From positions 1-47,637 of the forward strand of contig JADFOP010000013.1 of NCBI GenBank assembly GCA_022562795.1: DNA of 47,637 bases, read 5' to 3'. Within the stretch, counting starts at the first letter, position 1. Every line of letters begins with the position of its first letter. The notes below the pieces were generated by a model. It did not search any database and had not been told where the DNA came from. It saw only the letters and a program-made list of their open reading frames with translations. Both the position numbers and the translations under genes were made by a program. Shown piece by piece: positions 36,739-46,964 of this stretch. Source of the DNA: Nitrospinota bacterium (GTDB lineage Bacteria; JADFOP01).

Positions 36739-37983
36739 CTACATCTTCAGAAATGCCAGCGTGACGTTCGTCCCCCCGAAGCCGAAAGAGTTGGACAGGA
36801 CCTTGCGGACGGTCGCCTTGCGCGCCTCGTTGGGGACGTAGTCGAGGTCACATTCCGGGTCGGGGGTCTCGTAGTTGATGGTGGGCGGGATAATGCCGTG
36901 CTTCATGGTCAAGATGGAGAAGATGGCCTCAACACCGCCGGCGGCGCCCATGAGGTGTCCGGTCATGGACTTGTTCGAGCTAATGGCCAGATTGTAGGCA
37001 TGCTCGCCAAAGACCTGCTTGATGGCTAGGGTTTCGAGCTTATCGTTGAAGGGGGTGGAGGTGCCGTGGGCGTTGATGTAGTCGACCTCCGTGGGGTCCC
37101 AGCCGGCCTCATCAACCGCCAGTTTTATGCACCGGGCCACCTGGGTTCCGTTGGGATCGGGCATTGTGATGTGGTGGGCATCTGCTGTCATGCCGTAGCC
37201 CACAATTTCGGCGTGGATCTCCGCCCCGCGGGCCCTGGCCCCCTCGAGGCTCTCCAGGACCAGAACTCCCGCGCCCTCCCCCATGACGAAACCGTCGCGG
37301 TCGGAGTCGAAGGGTCGGCTCGCGCCGACAGGATCGTCGTTGCGGGTCGAAAGGGCCCGCATGTTGGTGAAGCCGACTACCGCCAACGGGGTGATGGTGC
37401 CCTCGGTCCCGCCGGCCAGCATGATATCGGCGTCACCCCGTTGGATAATCTTGTAGGCATCTCCGATTGCGTGGCCGCCGGTGGCGCAGGCCGTGACCAC
37501 ACAGCTGTTGGGGCCCTTCATATTAAACCGCATGGAGACCTGACCGCTGGCCAGATTACAGATAATCATTGGGATAAAGAAGGGACTGACCCTCCTGTGC
37601 CCCTTTTCGAGCAACATCTTGTGGAAGTGCTCTATGGCCATCAGTCCACCCATTCCTGATCCTATGATGACACCGGCCCGCTCGGAGTTCTCTTCTGTGA
37701 TCTGGAGCTTTGCGTCCTCGAGGGCGCGATAGCTTGCCGCGAGTGAGTAGTGGATAAAGAGGTCCATCTTCTTGATCTCTTTTTTGTCCACCCAGTCTTC
37801 GGGCTGAAAGTCCTTGACCTCGCCGGCAATGCGTACGGGCAGGTCGTCGGCATCAAAACGGGTGATTGGCCCCAGCCCGCTCTTTCCGCGGATCGCTCCC
37901 TCCCAATTCTCCTCGATGGTGTTACCCAGGGGCGTTATGGCCCCTAGACCGGTTACGACGACTCGTCGGGACAAAGCAATCAC
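36739..37983 (-). CDS. fabF: 3-oxoacyl-ACP synthase II
   Basis: [37 protein letters not shown]. Confidence 0.97.
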   Translation of the reverse strand: MIALSRRVVVTGLGAITPLGNTIEENWEGAIRGKSGLGPITRFDADDLPVRIAGEVKDFQPEDWVDKKEIKKMDLFIHYSLAASYRALEDAKLQITEENSERAGVIIGSGMGGLMAIEHFHKMLLEKGHRRVSPFFIPMIICNLASGQVSMRFNMKGPNSCVVTACATGGHAIGDAYKIIQRGDADIMLAGGTEGTITPLAVVGFTNMRALSTRNDDPVGASRPFDSDRDGFVMGEGAGVLVLESLEGARARGAEIHAEIVGYGMTADAHHITMPDPNGTQVARCIKLAVDEAGWDPTEVDYINAHGTSTPFNDKLETLAIKQVFGEHAYNLAISSNKSMTGHLMGAAGGVEAIFSILTMKHGIIPPTINYETPDPECDLDYVPNEARKATVRKVLSNSFGFGGTNVTLAFLKM

Positions 37984-38012
37984 CTCCTTCCATTGACCTC
38001 CCCGCTCGGGGG

Positions 38013-38249
38013 TCAGCCCAACTGCTGTTGTTTGACATAGTCAATTGCATCTTTGACCGTGACAATTTTTTCGGCCTCCTCGTCAGGGATTTCGACGTCG
38101 AACTCCTCTTCGAAGGCCATGATCAGCTCCACCGTGTCTAAGCTGTCCGCACCCAAATCATCAATAAAGGATGCCTTGGGAGTCACTTCATCCTCTTCTA
38201 CACCCAACTGCTCCACAATAATCTCTTTCACGCGTTGATCCAGCGACAT
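38013..38249 (-). CDS. acpP: Acyl carrier protein
   Basis: [20 protein letters not shown]. Confidence 0.98.
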   Translation of the reverse strand: MSLDQRVKEIIVEQLGVEEDEVTPKASFIDDLGADSLDTVELIMAFEEEFDVEIPDEEAEKIVTVKDAIDYVKQQQLG

Positions 38250-38309
38250 GGTCGGGGTTCCTCCTTCTACGTCCCGTCGGAGCGGGCTGGTCAGCCCCGG
38301 GGGCGCATA

Positions 38310-39053
38310 TTACGGCATTAACATGCCCCCATTGATATGAATCACTTGTCCCGTAATATAACACGCCCCGTCACCTGCAAGAAATAGCACAGCGTGGGCC
38401 ACATCCTCGGGGCTACCTAGGCGTCCCAGAGGAATATGGCTCAGGAGCTCTTCTCTAATCTTTTCCGGGAGCGCCTGCGTCATGGCTGTGTCGATAAAAC
38501 CTGGAGCGATTGCATTGACCGTGACCTCCCGGAGGGCCCCCTCCCGCGCAAGGGCCTTCGTCAGACCGATGACGCCAGCCTTGCTGGCGGCGTAATTTGC
38601 CTGGCCTACGTTGCCCATAACACCTACAACGGAGCTTATGTTGATTATCCTGCCGGCCCGCTGCTTGAGCATGACCTTGAGGGCCGCCTGGGAGCAGAGC
38701 CAGGTCCCGGTGAGGTTGACGCCCATGACGATATCCCAGTCGGCTGGCTTGAGCCGAATGCCCAGGGCATCGCGAGTGATGCCCGCATTGTTGACTAGTA
38801 TATCGAGCCGACCGAGTTCGGCCACACAACGGCCCACCATAGTCCCGACCTGGTCGGGGTCGGTGACGTCGCAGGCCACCGCCACGGCTCGGCCCCCCTC
38901 GTCGGCAATATCCTTTACGACCGTCTTGGCCCCTACCTCATCCACATCGGCCACACAGCATGCGGCCCCAGCTCCCGCAAGGACCCTTGAGATGGCCTCG
39001 CCAATCCCTCGGGCCGCTCCCGTAACCAGCGCAACCTTACCCGATAGTACCAC
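38310..39053 (-). CDS. fabG: 3-oxoacyl-ACP reductase
   Basis: TGAARGIG, NNAGITRD, YAASK; fab operon context. Confidence 0.96.
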   Translation of the reverse strand: MVLSGKVALVTGAARGIGEAISRVLAGAGAACCVADVDEVGAKTVVKDIADEGGRAVAVACDVTDPDQVGTMVGRCVAELGRLDILVNNAGITRDALGIRLKPADWDIVMGVNLTGTWLCSQAALKVMLKQRAGRIINISSVVGVMGNVGQANYAASKAGVIGLTKALAREGALREVTVNAIAPGFIDTAMTQALPEKIREELLSHIPLGRLGSPEDVAHAVLFLAGDGACYITGQVIHINGGMLMP

Positions 39054-39065
39054 CCGCCTCCCCCT

Positions 39066-40007
39066 CTAAGCCGTCAGAGCCGCCAGCGTTTTTTCGAAGC
39101 TTGCCGGATCTTCGACGTTGTAGGTGGTTGTGTCCTGAGAGTGGCGCCGGAGCAGAGCGCTCAAAACCCGGCCTGGGCCCACTTCTATGGTTGCCTTGAT
39201 GCCAGACCTTACGAGAGCATCCATGGTCGCCACCCACTGGACGGGGGAGACGACCTGGCGCACGAGGAGCTCTTTGACCCGCTCCAAGCCTGTCACCGGC
39301 TCGGCGGTAACATTTGCAATCACGGGAAATCGGAAAGGCTCTAGCTCCAAGGGCTCAAGGGCCTTACCGAGCTCAGCACCCGCGGGCTCCATGAGCCGGC
39401 AGTGAAACGGCCCACTGACGGGCAACATGATGGCCCTTCTGGCGCCAGCCGCCTCGGCGGCCTCCACCAACGCTTCCACAGACGTTCGATGGCCGGCCAC
39501 GACCACTTGGTCGGTGGCGTTTAGGTTGGCCGGCTGGAGCACGCGCTCACCCCCGTCGTCCAACTGTCGACACAGAGACTGGATGGTCTTTTGATCGAGC
39601 CCGATTATGGCCGCCATGGCTCCACGGCCCGAGGGCACGGCGGCATTCATCGCCGCTCCCCTCCACCGGACCAGCCGTAAGGCATCAGCAAAGCGTAGTA
39701 CACCGGCCACCACGAGGGCCGAATACTCACCCAAGCTATGGCCGGCGGCGATGATGGGTGGTGGCAGGCCGGCCTCCTCCAAAATGCGGGCCACCGCAAC
39801 GCTGAGGGTGAGGATTGCGGGCTGTGTGTTTTCGGTCTCGGTGAGAGTTGCCTCCGGGCCCGTAAAGCAGATGTCCGAAATTTGGTCGCCGAGGACCTCA
39901 TCGGCTTCGCCAAAAGTCGCCCGAGCCGTCGGAAAGGCTTCGACCAACGAGCGTCCCATGCCCACGTACTGTGAGCCCTGCCCGGGGAATAGCCACGCCA
40001 CGCGCAT
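39066..40007 (-). CDS. fabD: Malonyl CoA-ACP transacylase
   Basis: FPGQGSQ, GHSLGEY, VSGPFH, EVGPG; AAGGAG RBS before ATG 40007. Confidence 0.96.
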   Translation of the reverse strand: MRVAWLFPGQGSQYVGMGRSLVEAFPTARATFGEADEVLGDQISDICFTGPEATLTETENTQPAILTLSVAVARILEEAGLPPPIIAAGHSLGEYSALVVAGVLRFADALRLVRWRGAAMNAAVPSGRGAMAAIIGLDQKTIQSLCRQLDDGGERVLQPANLNATDQVVVAGHRTSVEALVEAAEAAGARRAIMLPVSGPFHCRLMEPAGAELGKALEPLELEPFRFPVIANVTAEPVTGLERVKELLVRQVVSPVQWVATMDALVRSGIKATIEVGPGRVLSALLRRHSQDTTTYNVEDPASFEKTLAALTA

Positions 40008-40024
40008 CCGTCCCGCTCCTTCGC

Positions 40025-41008
40025 CTACCATCTGATTAAGGTCGAGCCCCAGGTCAGCCCGGCCCCCATTCCTACTAACAGCACGAGGTCGTCCCGGTTG
40101 ACCCGACCGGACCGCCGGGCCTCGTCGAGAGCAATGGGGATTGAGGCTGCCGAGGTGTTGCCCAGCCGGTCGAGGTTGATGAAGACCTTCTCTCGCTGTA
40201 TGCCGAGCCTTTTGGAGATAGCATCGATAATTCGACTATTCGCCTGGTGAGGGATGAAGAGATCCACATCGGTCGGCTTGTAGCCATGGTGGTCGAGGAC
40301 CTCGAGGGCCGCCCTGCTCATGGTCCTTACGGCAAGCTTGAAGGTCTCATTTCCCCGCATCTGGATGTAGTTGAGGCGGTTGCGGAGAACCTCCTCACTC
40401 ATGGGCATCCGGCTTCCGCCCCCTTGGATGATGAGGTGATCGGCCATGCCGCCGTCGGCGTGGAGGTGGGTCGAGAGGATGCCCCGGCTTGGGTCGTCGG
40501 AGGCCCGAAGCACCGTGGCACCCGCCCCATCGGCGAAAAGGACGCACGTGTTACGGTCCTTCCAGTCGATGATACGACTCAAGACCTCCGCGCCCACCAC
40601 GAGGATGGTCCGGTAGCGGCCCGTCAGAAGGTATTGCTCGGCAACCGACAGGCCGTAGATAAAACCCGAGCAGGCTGCCGAGAGGTCGAACGCCGCCGCC
40701 TGCCATGCGCCTAGATGGCGCTGGAGGTGGCATGCTGTCGCAGGAAAAGGGGTATCCGGGGTCACGGTAGCTACCACCAGTAGGTCTAGCTCCCCCGGGG
40801 TAACCTTCGCGTCGTCGAGGGCCACCAGAGATGCCTGATAGGCCATATCGCTGGTCGCCTCGTCCTGGTCTGCTAGGCGCCGCTCCCGAATCCCCGTTCG
40901 GGTGAAAATCCACTCGTCACTCGTCTCGACCATCTTCTCCAGGTCGAAGTTCGTCAATACCCGCTTGGGGGTGTACGAGCCCGTTCCGATGATTCTTACA
41001 CCCTTCAT
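40025..41008 (-). CDS. fabH: 3-oxoacyl-ACP synthase III
   Basis: AACSGF, PHQAN, GNTSAAS; likely start ATG 41008 just after the plsX stop. Confidence 0.96.
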   Translation of the reverse strand: MKGVRIIGTGSYTPKRVLTNFDLEKMVETSDEWIFTRTGIRERRLADQDEATSDMAYQASLVALDDAKVTPGELDLLVVATVTPDTPFPATACHLQRHLGAWQAAAFDLSAACSGFIYGLSVAEQYLLTGRYRTILVVGAEVLSRIIDWKDRNTCVLFADGAGATVLRASDDPSRGILSTHLHADGGMADHLIIQGGGSRMPMSEEVLRNRLNYIQMRGNETFKLAVRTMSRAALEVLDHHGYKPTDVDLFIPHQANSRIIDAISKRLGIQREKVFINLDRLGNTSAASIPIALDEARRSGRVNRDDLVLLVGMGAGLTWGSTLIRW

Positions 41009-41015
41009 CCTCGTC

Positions 41016-42140
41016 TCACTCCTTGGCTCCGTCTTCTCCGCTTCCGGTTGGCTCATCCTCATGGGACCCCTTTCGCTGGAAGGACTCCCTGATGGAGCGC
41101 CAAATCCGGCCCTTCACATGGGCGCCCTCTTGGATCTCCTGGTTCAGCTCGATGTCGTCCTGAATACGGGTACTGATGTTGTGAATGACAAATCGGCGGG
41201 CCTGGTAGATTGCGTTCTTGACCGCGCGGGGCGATGAAGCGCCGTGGCCGATGATGCAGGTGCCGTTGGTCCCCAGCAGGGGCGCCCCACCCAGCGAGGC
41301 GTAGTCGGTCGTTCCCATGAGCAGTTCCAGGTCTGATTTGAGCAAGACGGAAGCCAGTCTACCCGCTATACGGGAGCTGAACAGCTCCTCGAGCTTGGAT
41401 TGATAGTGATCCGCAAGACCTTCGGAAAACTTCAAACCCACGTTGCCTGCAAACCCATCGCACACGATAACGTCGGCCTGACCGCTGAATACTCCCTTGC
41501 CGTCGACGTTACCGATGAAATGGAGGCTCGAGCGCTTGAGCATCTCATAAGCCTCTAGAATGGTCTCGTTGCCCTTGCCCTCTTCTTCGCCGATAGTGAG
41601 CAGGCCCACCTTGGGCTTTATGTTGCCCAGAATGTATTTGGCATAGACAGCCCCCATGATGCCGAACTGGAAGAGCTGGATCGCCTTGCATTCGACGTTT
41701 GCTCCCACATCAAGCACAATGGAGTGTCCGTGAAGAGAGGGGAAGAGGGCGGCGATAGCAGGCCGAAAGATTCCCTTCAAGGGCCGAAGAATCAATGTGG
41801 CGGCGGCCAGGGCCGCACCGGTGTTGCCAGCGGTGAAGACTGCATCGGCCTCGCCGTTCTTAACCATCTGGATGGCCACACGGATGGAAGAGTCCTTCTT
41901 GCGACGCAGAGCCTTGGAAGGCGCTTCGTCCATAGCCACCACCTGGGAGGCGTGCTGGATATGCACCGGTAGGTCGGCAGTCTCGTGCTGGGCTAGCTCT
42001 TCCTCCAGAATTCCCTTGTCGCCAACCAATATGACGGGAATACGAAAATCCCTCGCCGCCAGCACTGCTCCCTCAACGATGGTACGAGGAGCATTGTCGC
42101 CGCCCATGGCATCGATGGCGATCATCGAAGAGTTCCTCAC
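41016..42140 (-). CDS. plsX: Phosphate acyltransferase PlsX
   Basis: IAIDAMGGDNAP, AGNTGA, LDVGAN, DGF.GN..LK, HGAS. Confidence 0.96.
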   Translation of the reverse strand: MRNSSMIAIDAMGGDNAPRTIVEGAVLAARDFRIPVILVGDKGILEEELAQHETADLPVHIQHASQVVAMDEAPSKALRRKKDSSIRVAIQMVKNGEADAVFTAGNTGAALAAATLILRPLKGIFRPAIAALFPSLHGHSIVLDVGANVECKAIQLFQFGIMGAVYAKYILGNIKPKVGLLTIGEEEGKGNETILEAYEMLKRSSLHFIGNVDGKGVFSGQADVIVCDGFAGNVGLKFSEGLADHYQSKLEELFSSRIAGRLASVLLKSDLELLMGTTDYASLGGAPLLGTNGTCIIGHGASSPRAVKNAIYQARRFVIHNISTRIQDDIELNQEIQEGAHVKGRIWRSIRESFQRKGSHEDEPTGSGEDGAKE

Positions 42141-42167
42141 CAGTTCGCCCCTAGGGGCGAACGGATA

Positions 42168-42350
42168 CTAGACTTCCTCCACGGCTAAGACCGGTCGGCC
42201 CCGGTACGTCCCGCAATTGGGACACGCCCTGTGGGGTTGTTTGGGCTCATTACATTGGGGGCAAGTGGTCAACGTTGGAGCCGTGAGCTTTTGGTGGGTT
42301 CGCCGTTTGTTGCGGCGAGCCCGTGAATGTCGGCGCTTGGGCACAGCCAT
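42168..42350 (-). CDS. rpmF: 50S ribosomal protein L32
   Basis: MAVPKRR.S..RR..RR; zinc ribbon CPQC...CPNCG.Y. Confidence 0.97.
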   Translation of the reverse strand: MAVPKRRHSRARRNKRRTHQKLTAPTLTTCPQCNEPKQPHRACPNCGTYRGRPVLAVEEV

Positions 42351-42369
42351 GGATCAATCCTCAGTGACT

Positions 42370-42900
42370 CTATTCTCGTTCCTGCAACTGCTTGAGGGCG
42401 GCAAACCGCTCGTCGACCTCCTCGGCTGAACAGGAACAAGGGACAAGGTTACGGTTGGACCCACAGGAGGAGCATAACCCTTTGCAATCAGGATGGCAAA
42501 GCGGCTGGATTGGGATGGCCGAAAGCAAGTGGTCTCGGACAATTGATCCCATGTCCAGCATCTCCCCGTTGTAATAATAGAGGTCCATCTCGCTGACAGC
42601 GAGCTCACGGTCTTCCTCATCGGACATCTCTTCGGCCGGCAGAGCCACCACATCGAAGTCCATCTCAAGGGAGCTGACTGCTGGCTCCAGGCACCGCCCA
42701 CAAGGCACCTCCGTCGTCGTAGCGAGCCTCCCTCGTATAGCCACGGTGGTTCCCACCCGTTGAATACGGGCCTTGAGGGCAACCGGGCCGCGGAGGTGGG
42801 CGTCGGACGACTCGAAGCTGAAGGCTGTAGACGGGATGGCGAGGGCGAGGTCTTGCCCGCCTTCAGGGATAGCAGCCAGATCTATTATCAGGCCTGGCAT
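42370..42900 (-). CDS. yceD: YceD/DUF177 family protein
   Basis: CGRCLE, PLC.PDCKGLC..CG.N.N...C.C, D.RFAALK; upstream of rpmF. Confidence 0.92.
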   Translation of the reverse strand: MPGLIIDLAAIPEGGQDLALAIPSTAFSFESSDAHLRGPVALKARIQRVGTTVAIRGRLATTTEVPCGRCLEPAVSSLEMDFDVVALPAEEMSDEEDRELAVSEMDLYYYNGEMLDMGSIVRDHLLSAIPIQPLCHPDCKGLCSSCGSNRNLVPCSCSAEEVDERFAALKQLQERE

Positions 42901-42977
42901 ACTCTCGTCCCCAATGTCGACGTTTTCCCAATAACTTGAATAAGTTACGGGAAGTTAATCCCAAAAAAGTTGCGGGC

Positions 42978-43006
42978 ATTATACCGGCTGCCCTACCGCT
43001 TGTCAA
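42978..43006 (-). promoter_or_regulatory. sigma70 promoter of the yceD-rpmF-plsX-fab operon
   Basis: Exact TTGACA-17-TATAAT. Confidence 0.75.
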
Positions 43007-43103
43007 GACATATTCTCCCCGTACAGACGGTATCTATGCCCCCGGAACGCTGCGTGTTTCAAGGCCGGAACGGCGAGGCCCCTCTGCGAGCAAATGCGCT
43101 CAT

Positions 43104-44048
43104 TCAGTCCGACAGAAGATCTAGCACGAGGCCCTCCCGCAGCCCGTACTCGCTTACGAGGAGCTCGCGGGCGCCGAAGACCTCCATAATGACCCGGGCG
43201 AGGGCCGCCCCTGCCACGATCACGTCCTCTCGGCCCGGCTCCATTAGGGGGATCTCGCGCCGCTGCTCGATGGTCATCGAGCCGAGCTCCTCCAAGAGGT
43301 GGGCCACTGCCTTTTCAGTCAGGACGTGGCCATTGACCCGATTGGGCTCGTACTGCATGAGCGCCAGATCCATGGCGGCGAGGGTGGTCACAGTTCCGGC
43401 GGTCCCGATGAGCGTTAGGCCGTAGCCGGCCTCCAGGACGTGCTTGACGGAAGTGACGGCGTCGGTGAAGTAGGCCATTAGCGCCTTCAATTCCTCCGGC
43501 TCCACCGGGTCGCGGGCGAGAAAGGCCTCCCGTCCCTTCACCACTCCTATCGGCAGGCTCACCACCTTTGCAGGCAAGCCCGCCCTGAGACCGATAAACT
43601 CGGTCGAGCCGCCCCCGATGTCAAAGAGGACCCCATCGGCGGGCAGCCCCGCGAGCCCCCGTCGGATCCCGAGGACCGTAAGCCGAGCTTCCTCCTCCCC
43701 GGCTAGGACCGTCAGCGGCTCCCCTAGAGCTTCGGCGACCTTCCGGGCAAAGGCCTCCCCGTTGGCGGCCTCTCTGACGGCCGCGGTCGCGGCAATCCTC
43801 ACCCGCTCGGCCCCGTGGGACCGCCAGGCGGAGGCGAACACCTCCAGGACCTCTAGGGTCCGCCGGGCTGCCTTGGAACTGAGGCGGCCCGTTGCTTCGA
43901 GCCCCTCCCCCAGACGGGTGACTTTCTGGGCGGCGTGGACGACGGTAAGTCCTCCGTCCGGGGAGCGCTCGCCCACTAAGAGTCGAACCGTGTTGGTGCC
44001 CAGATCAACAGCGGCGACGCGGCGGCCCGATGAGTCCTGGGCTTTCAC
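43104..44048 (-). CDS. ppx: Ppx/GppA family exopolyphosphatase (short form)
   Basis: VDLGTNTVRL, ATAAVREA.N, GEEEA, DIGGGSTE, GLREG; GTG overlaps the upstream stop. Confidence 0.9.
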   Translation of the reverse strand: MKAQDSSGRRVAAVDLGTNTVRLLVGERSPDGGLTVVHAAQKVTRLGEGLEATGRLSSKAARRTLEVLEVFASAWRSHGAERVRIAATAAVREAANGEAFARKVAEALGEPLTVLAGEEEARLTVLGIRRGLAGLPADGVLFDIGGGSTEFIGLRAGLPAKVVSLPIGVVKGREAFLARDPVEPEELKALMAYFTDAVTSVKHVLEAGYGLTLIGTAGTVTTLAAMDLALMQYEPNRVNGHVLTEKAVAHLLEELGSMTIEQRREIPLMEPGREDVIVAGAALARVIMEVFGARELLVSEYGLREGLVLDLLSD

Positions 44049-44587
44049 GGAGCGAAGGGCTCCAGGGACTGGCCAAAGCCATCGTCCTTCATTGCCTGCA
44101 GGTACTCCAGATAGTTTCGGACCGTGCGACCAGAGCGAGCCCGCTCCTGCTCGGACACGGCTCGTCGGACTTTTGCCGGCACACCCAGGACGAGCACGCC
44201 CGGCGGAACGGTCTCCCCCTCGGGAACCAGCGCGCCAGCGCCCACAATCGCCCCCTCCTCCACCTCGCAGCCGCTCAGCAGCACTGCCCTCATGCCTATG
44301 AGCGCTCCCCGGCGTACAGTGCATCCGTGGAGGATTACCCCGTGGCCCACGCTCACCTCCTCCTCGATGATGGCAGGGTTGGAGCCCCGATCAGTGTGTA
44401 CGATGGTGCCGTCTTGGAGGTTCGTCCGGGCGCCGATGGAAATGAAGTGGACATCGCCCCTTAGAACGCCCCCGTACCACACGTTGGCCTCTGGGCCGAT
44501 TTCAACGTCCCCGATGACCACTGCGTCGTCTGCCACGAAGGCCGATGGATGAATGCGGGGGGTCTTTCCTCCAAATGCTCGGATCAT
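44045..44587 (-). CDS. Gamma carbonic anhydrase family (YrdA/PaaY-like) protein
   Basis: Hexapeptide repeats, LRGD, NLQDG..VH, GH..ILHGC. Confidence 0.93.
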   Translation of the reverse strand: MIRAFGGKTPRIHPSAFVADDAVVIGDVEIGPEANVWYGGVLRGDVHFISIGARTNLQDGTIVHTDRGSNPAIIEEEVSVGHGVILHGCTVRRGALIGMRAVLLSGCEVEEGAIVGAGALVPEGETVPPGVLVLGVPAKVRRAVSEQERARSGRTVRNYLEYLQAMKDDGFGQSLEPFAP

Positions 44588-44613
44588 GGATAGGTGTGGC
44601 TGGCGCTGGGGCC

Positions 44614-45276
44614 TCAGCCGCTCTCCTCGATGTTGCCCCGGGCGATGAAGGCCTCGGCGGAGAGCTTGCCGGCCGAGAGCAGGCGACAGGCACGGGTTGA
44701 GACCACGAAGCGGCCCGCCTGGCCTCGTTTTTTCTCACTGATGGCGATAATAAGATCGTCGGTGGCAAACTTGCTTCGGGCGGTTCCCATGCCTACCCAA
44801 TGGGCCAGGGTGAGGAGGTCCTCGAAGACTCGCTCCTTTGTGGTCACGAGGTCCATCGTGACGGAGTAAATCTTGTTCTGGCCCTCGGAGGGGACGACGG
44901 CCGTGCGGGACAGGTTGATCCCCACCCGCTCGGCGGCCCTGACGTACATCCGGGGCATGCGGGCGATGGTCCAGCGCGGCGTCGGAGTCTCCTTAATAAT
45001 GCCGATCATCTCCTGGCTTTTTCGCTTGACCCGCTCTAGAATCCCGGCGCCCTCATCGAGGATGGCGCTGTCGGCCGCGGCAAGTCGGTCGGCCACCGTC
45101 AGGGGGACGGCGGCCTCCACGGCCTTCTCCCTGGCGGTTGAGCGCAGGGGATAGAAGAAGTAGCCCAAGGCCGCCCCGTGGAGGAGAAGGCTGAAGAGGA
45201 GCCCGGTCAATATGAACCTGAAGCCGCCGAGGCGCGGGAGGTTCCCGCCGACCACTCGGGAAGAGCTTCGGACCAT
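44614..45276 (-). CDS. Hypothetical single-pass membrane protein
   Basis: 220-aa ORF with N-terminal TM SLLLHGAAL (TonB/TolA-like SxxxH anchor); fits operon spacing. Confidence 0.65.
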   Translation of the reverse strand: MVRSSSRVVGGNLPRLGGFRFILTGLLFSLLLHGAALGYFFYPLRSTAREKAVEAAVPLTVADRLAAADSAILDEGAGILERVKRKSQEMIGIIKETPTPRWTIARMPRMYVRAAERVGINLSRTAVVPSEGQNKIYSVTMDLVTTKERVFEDLLTLAHWVGMGTARSKFATDDLIIAISEKKRGQAGRFVVSTRACRLLSAGKLSAEAFIARGNIEESG

Positions 45277-45341
45277 GGTGTGCCTCGTAAATGGCCTGGG
45301 GCTGGCAAGCCCGACTCTGGGCTCGCGCCGAGCCTCCCCCG

Positions 45342-45851
45342 CTACTTGGTCTTGGGCATCCGGGCCATGTCGGAGCCGAATTTCGCTGGGTGTAGCAGGC
45401 CGATCCAGATGTCGCGAATCCCATCGAAGAAGTCGGTGGAAAGATTGGCCTTGTTCTCCGCCTTGAACTGCTCTGCCTTCCTCGTCTCGGTGGAGAGCCC
45501 GATGGGGTTCACGGCCTTCTCTATGAGAGTGTTATCGAACTCCATTTTGCCCGCAGCGGGCTTGGCCTCCAATGTGCCCACATCTATTGCGAACTTCGCC
45601 GGGTGCAGCAGGCCGATCCAGATGTCGCGAATCCCCTCGAAGAACTCGTCGGAGACATTGGCCTTGTTCTCCGCCTTGAACCGCTCGGCCTTCCTCGTCT
45701 CGGTGGAGAGCCCGATGGGGTTCACTGCCTTCTCTATGAGGGTGTTATCGAACCCCTGCTTGCCATGCTGCCCCGCCCAACCGGAGGCCGGAATGACGAA
45801 GAGCAGGACGGCCACGGCTACGACCAGCATACCAATCGATCTATGCTTCAT
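45342..45851 (-). CDS. Exported protein with two near-identical 54-aa repeats
   Basis: Signal peptide MKHRSIGMLVVAVAVLLFVIPASGWA; repeat FDNTLIEKAVNPIGLSTETRKAE...GIRDIWIGLLHPAKF twice. Confidence 0.75.
   Translation of the reverse strand: MKHRSIGMLVVAVAVLLFVIPASGWAGQHGKQGFDNTLIEKAVNPIGLSTETRKAERFKAENKANVSDEFFEGIRDIWIGLLHPAKFAIDVGTLEAKPAAGKMEFDNTLIEKAVNPIGLSTETRKAEQFKAENKANLSTDFFDGIRDIWIGLLHPAKFGSDMARMPKTK
45378..45753. repeat. Intragenic direct repeat, 2 x 163 bp (45378-45540, 45591-45753), period 213 bp
   Basis: Direct alignment; most differences fall at synonymous positions of the minus-strand frame. Confidence 0.9.
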
Positions 45852-45941
45852 GAGCACCTTCCTCCCGTCTGCGCCGCGCAGCACGCCCCACGGGACGCTC
45901 AATCCCTACATCTCAACCGCGCAGCATCCAACGTTGCGGCG

Positions 45942-45970
45942 ATTATAACGCTCCTCGTTGCCCATGACAA
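45942..45970 (-). promoter_or_regulatory. sigma70 promoter of the repeat-protein operon
   Basis: TTGTCA-17-TATAAT. Confidence 0.6.
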
Positions 45971-46098
45971 CCTTGTTTCAATCTGTTGGACCACGAGCGG
46001 CGCCCCTCACGAAAAGCCCGTTATGCCCAAGGAGGAGCCGTCTTGGGCCGCTTTCGCCGCTGTGCTATACTGCCTCCCGAAAATTCGGGGAGGCGGCT

Positions 46099-46956
46099 GT
46101 GATTGTCTACTTGAACGGCGATTACGTGCCCGCCGAGGAGGCCCGGGTGAGCGTCTTCGACCGGGGCTTTCTCTACGGCGACGGCATCTATGAGACCCTC
46201 CGGGTGTACGGCGGGCGGGTCTTCAAGCTCGAAGAGCACCTGAGCAGGCTCGAGCGCTCGGCCCGAATGATTCGCCTGAGCCTTCCCCTAAGCCCGGCGG
46301 CCTTCGCCGAGGCCATCGAGACCTGCCTGAAGCTCAACGACTTATCCAGCGCCCTGGTCCGCATCGGCGTAAGCCGCGGGGAAGCCTCGAGTCCGGGCCT
46401 CGACCCCGCCCTCGTGGCTGGCCCGGCCACGGTGGTGATCGTCACTCGGCCCTTCGAGCCCTACCCGGAGGCCATGTACGAGGCGGGCATTCGGGCCGCC
46501 GTCGTCTCGGTCCGCCGCACACCTACCGAGGCCTTAAGCCCGATCATTAAGTCGACTAATTTCCTCAACAATATAATGTCCAAGATGGAGGCCCTCGAGG
46601 CGGGCGCCGACGAAGCCATCATGCTCAACACCGACGGCCACATCGCCGAAGGCACCACCACCAACGTCTTCTGGTTCGATGGTAAAAGCCTCTGCACGCC
46701 CCCCTTGGAGGCGGGCATCCTCGACGGGGTGACCCGCTCGGAGGCCCTCACCATCGCCCAGAAACACCTAGCCTACCGGGCCGTCGAGGTCCTACGGGGC
46801 CGGGACGCGCTGGAGGAGGCCGAGGAGGTCTTCGTCACCAGCACCTCGTACGAGATCATGCCGGTCACGACCATCGACGGCAAGCCCGTCGGAACAGGGC
46901 GGCCGGGCCCCGTAAGCCTGGGGATTTTGAGAAAATTCAGGGAGCTTTACTGGTAG
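46099..46956 (+). CDS. Class IV PLP aminotransferase (aminodeoxychorismate lyase PabC / BCAT-like)
   Basis: DRGFLYGDGIYET, H..RL..SA, K, EG...N.F, ILDGVTR; GGGGAGG RBS before GTG 46099; adjacent to pabB. Confidence 0.9.
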   Translation: MIVYLNGDYVPAEEARVSVFDRGFLYGDGIYETLRVYGGRVFKLEEHLSRLERSARMIRLSLPLSPAAFAEAIETCLKLNDLSSALVRIGVSRGEASSPGLDPALVAGPATVVIVTRPFEPYPEAMYEAGIRAAVVSVRRTPTEALSPIIKSTNFLNNIMSKMEALEAGADEAIMLNTDGHIAEGTTTNVFWFDGKSLCTPPLEAGILDGVTRSEALTIAQKHLAYRAVEVLRGRDALEEAEEVFVTSTSYEIMPVTTIDGKPVGTGRPGPVSLGILRKFRELYW

Positions 46957-46964
46957 GGCGCTTT

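Noticed and set aside
44049-44324. Long N-terminal extension of ppx in the ORF track
   Set aside because: It overlaps the gamma-CA gene; the GTG at 44048 coupled to the upstream stop is the better start.
45378-45753. Possible mobile-element or CRISPR repeat
   Set aside because: Two copies only, in frame within a signal-peptide ORF, with mostly synonymous differences.
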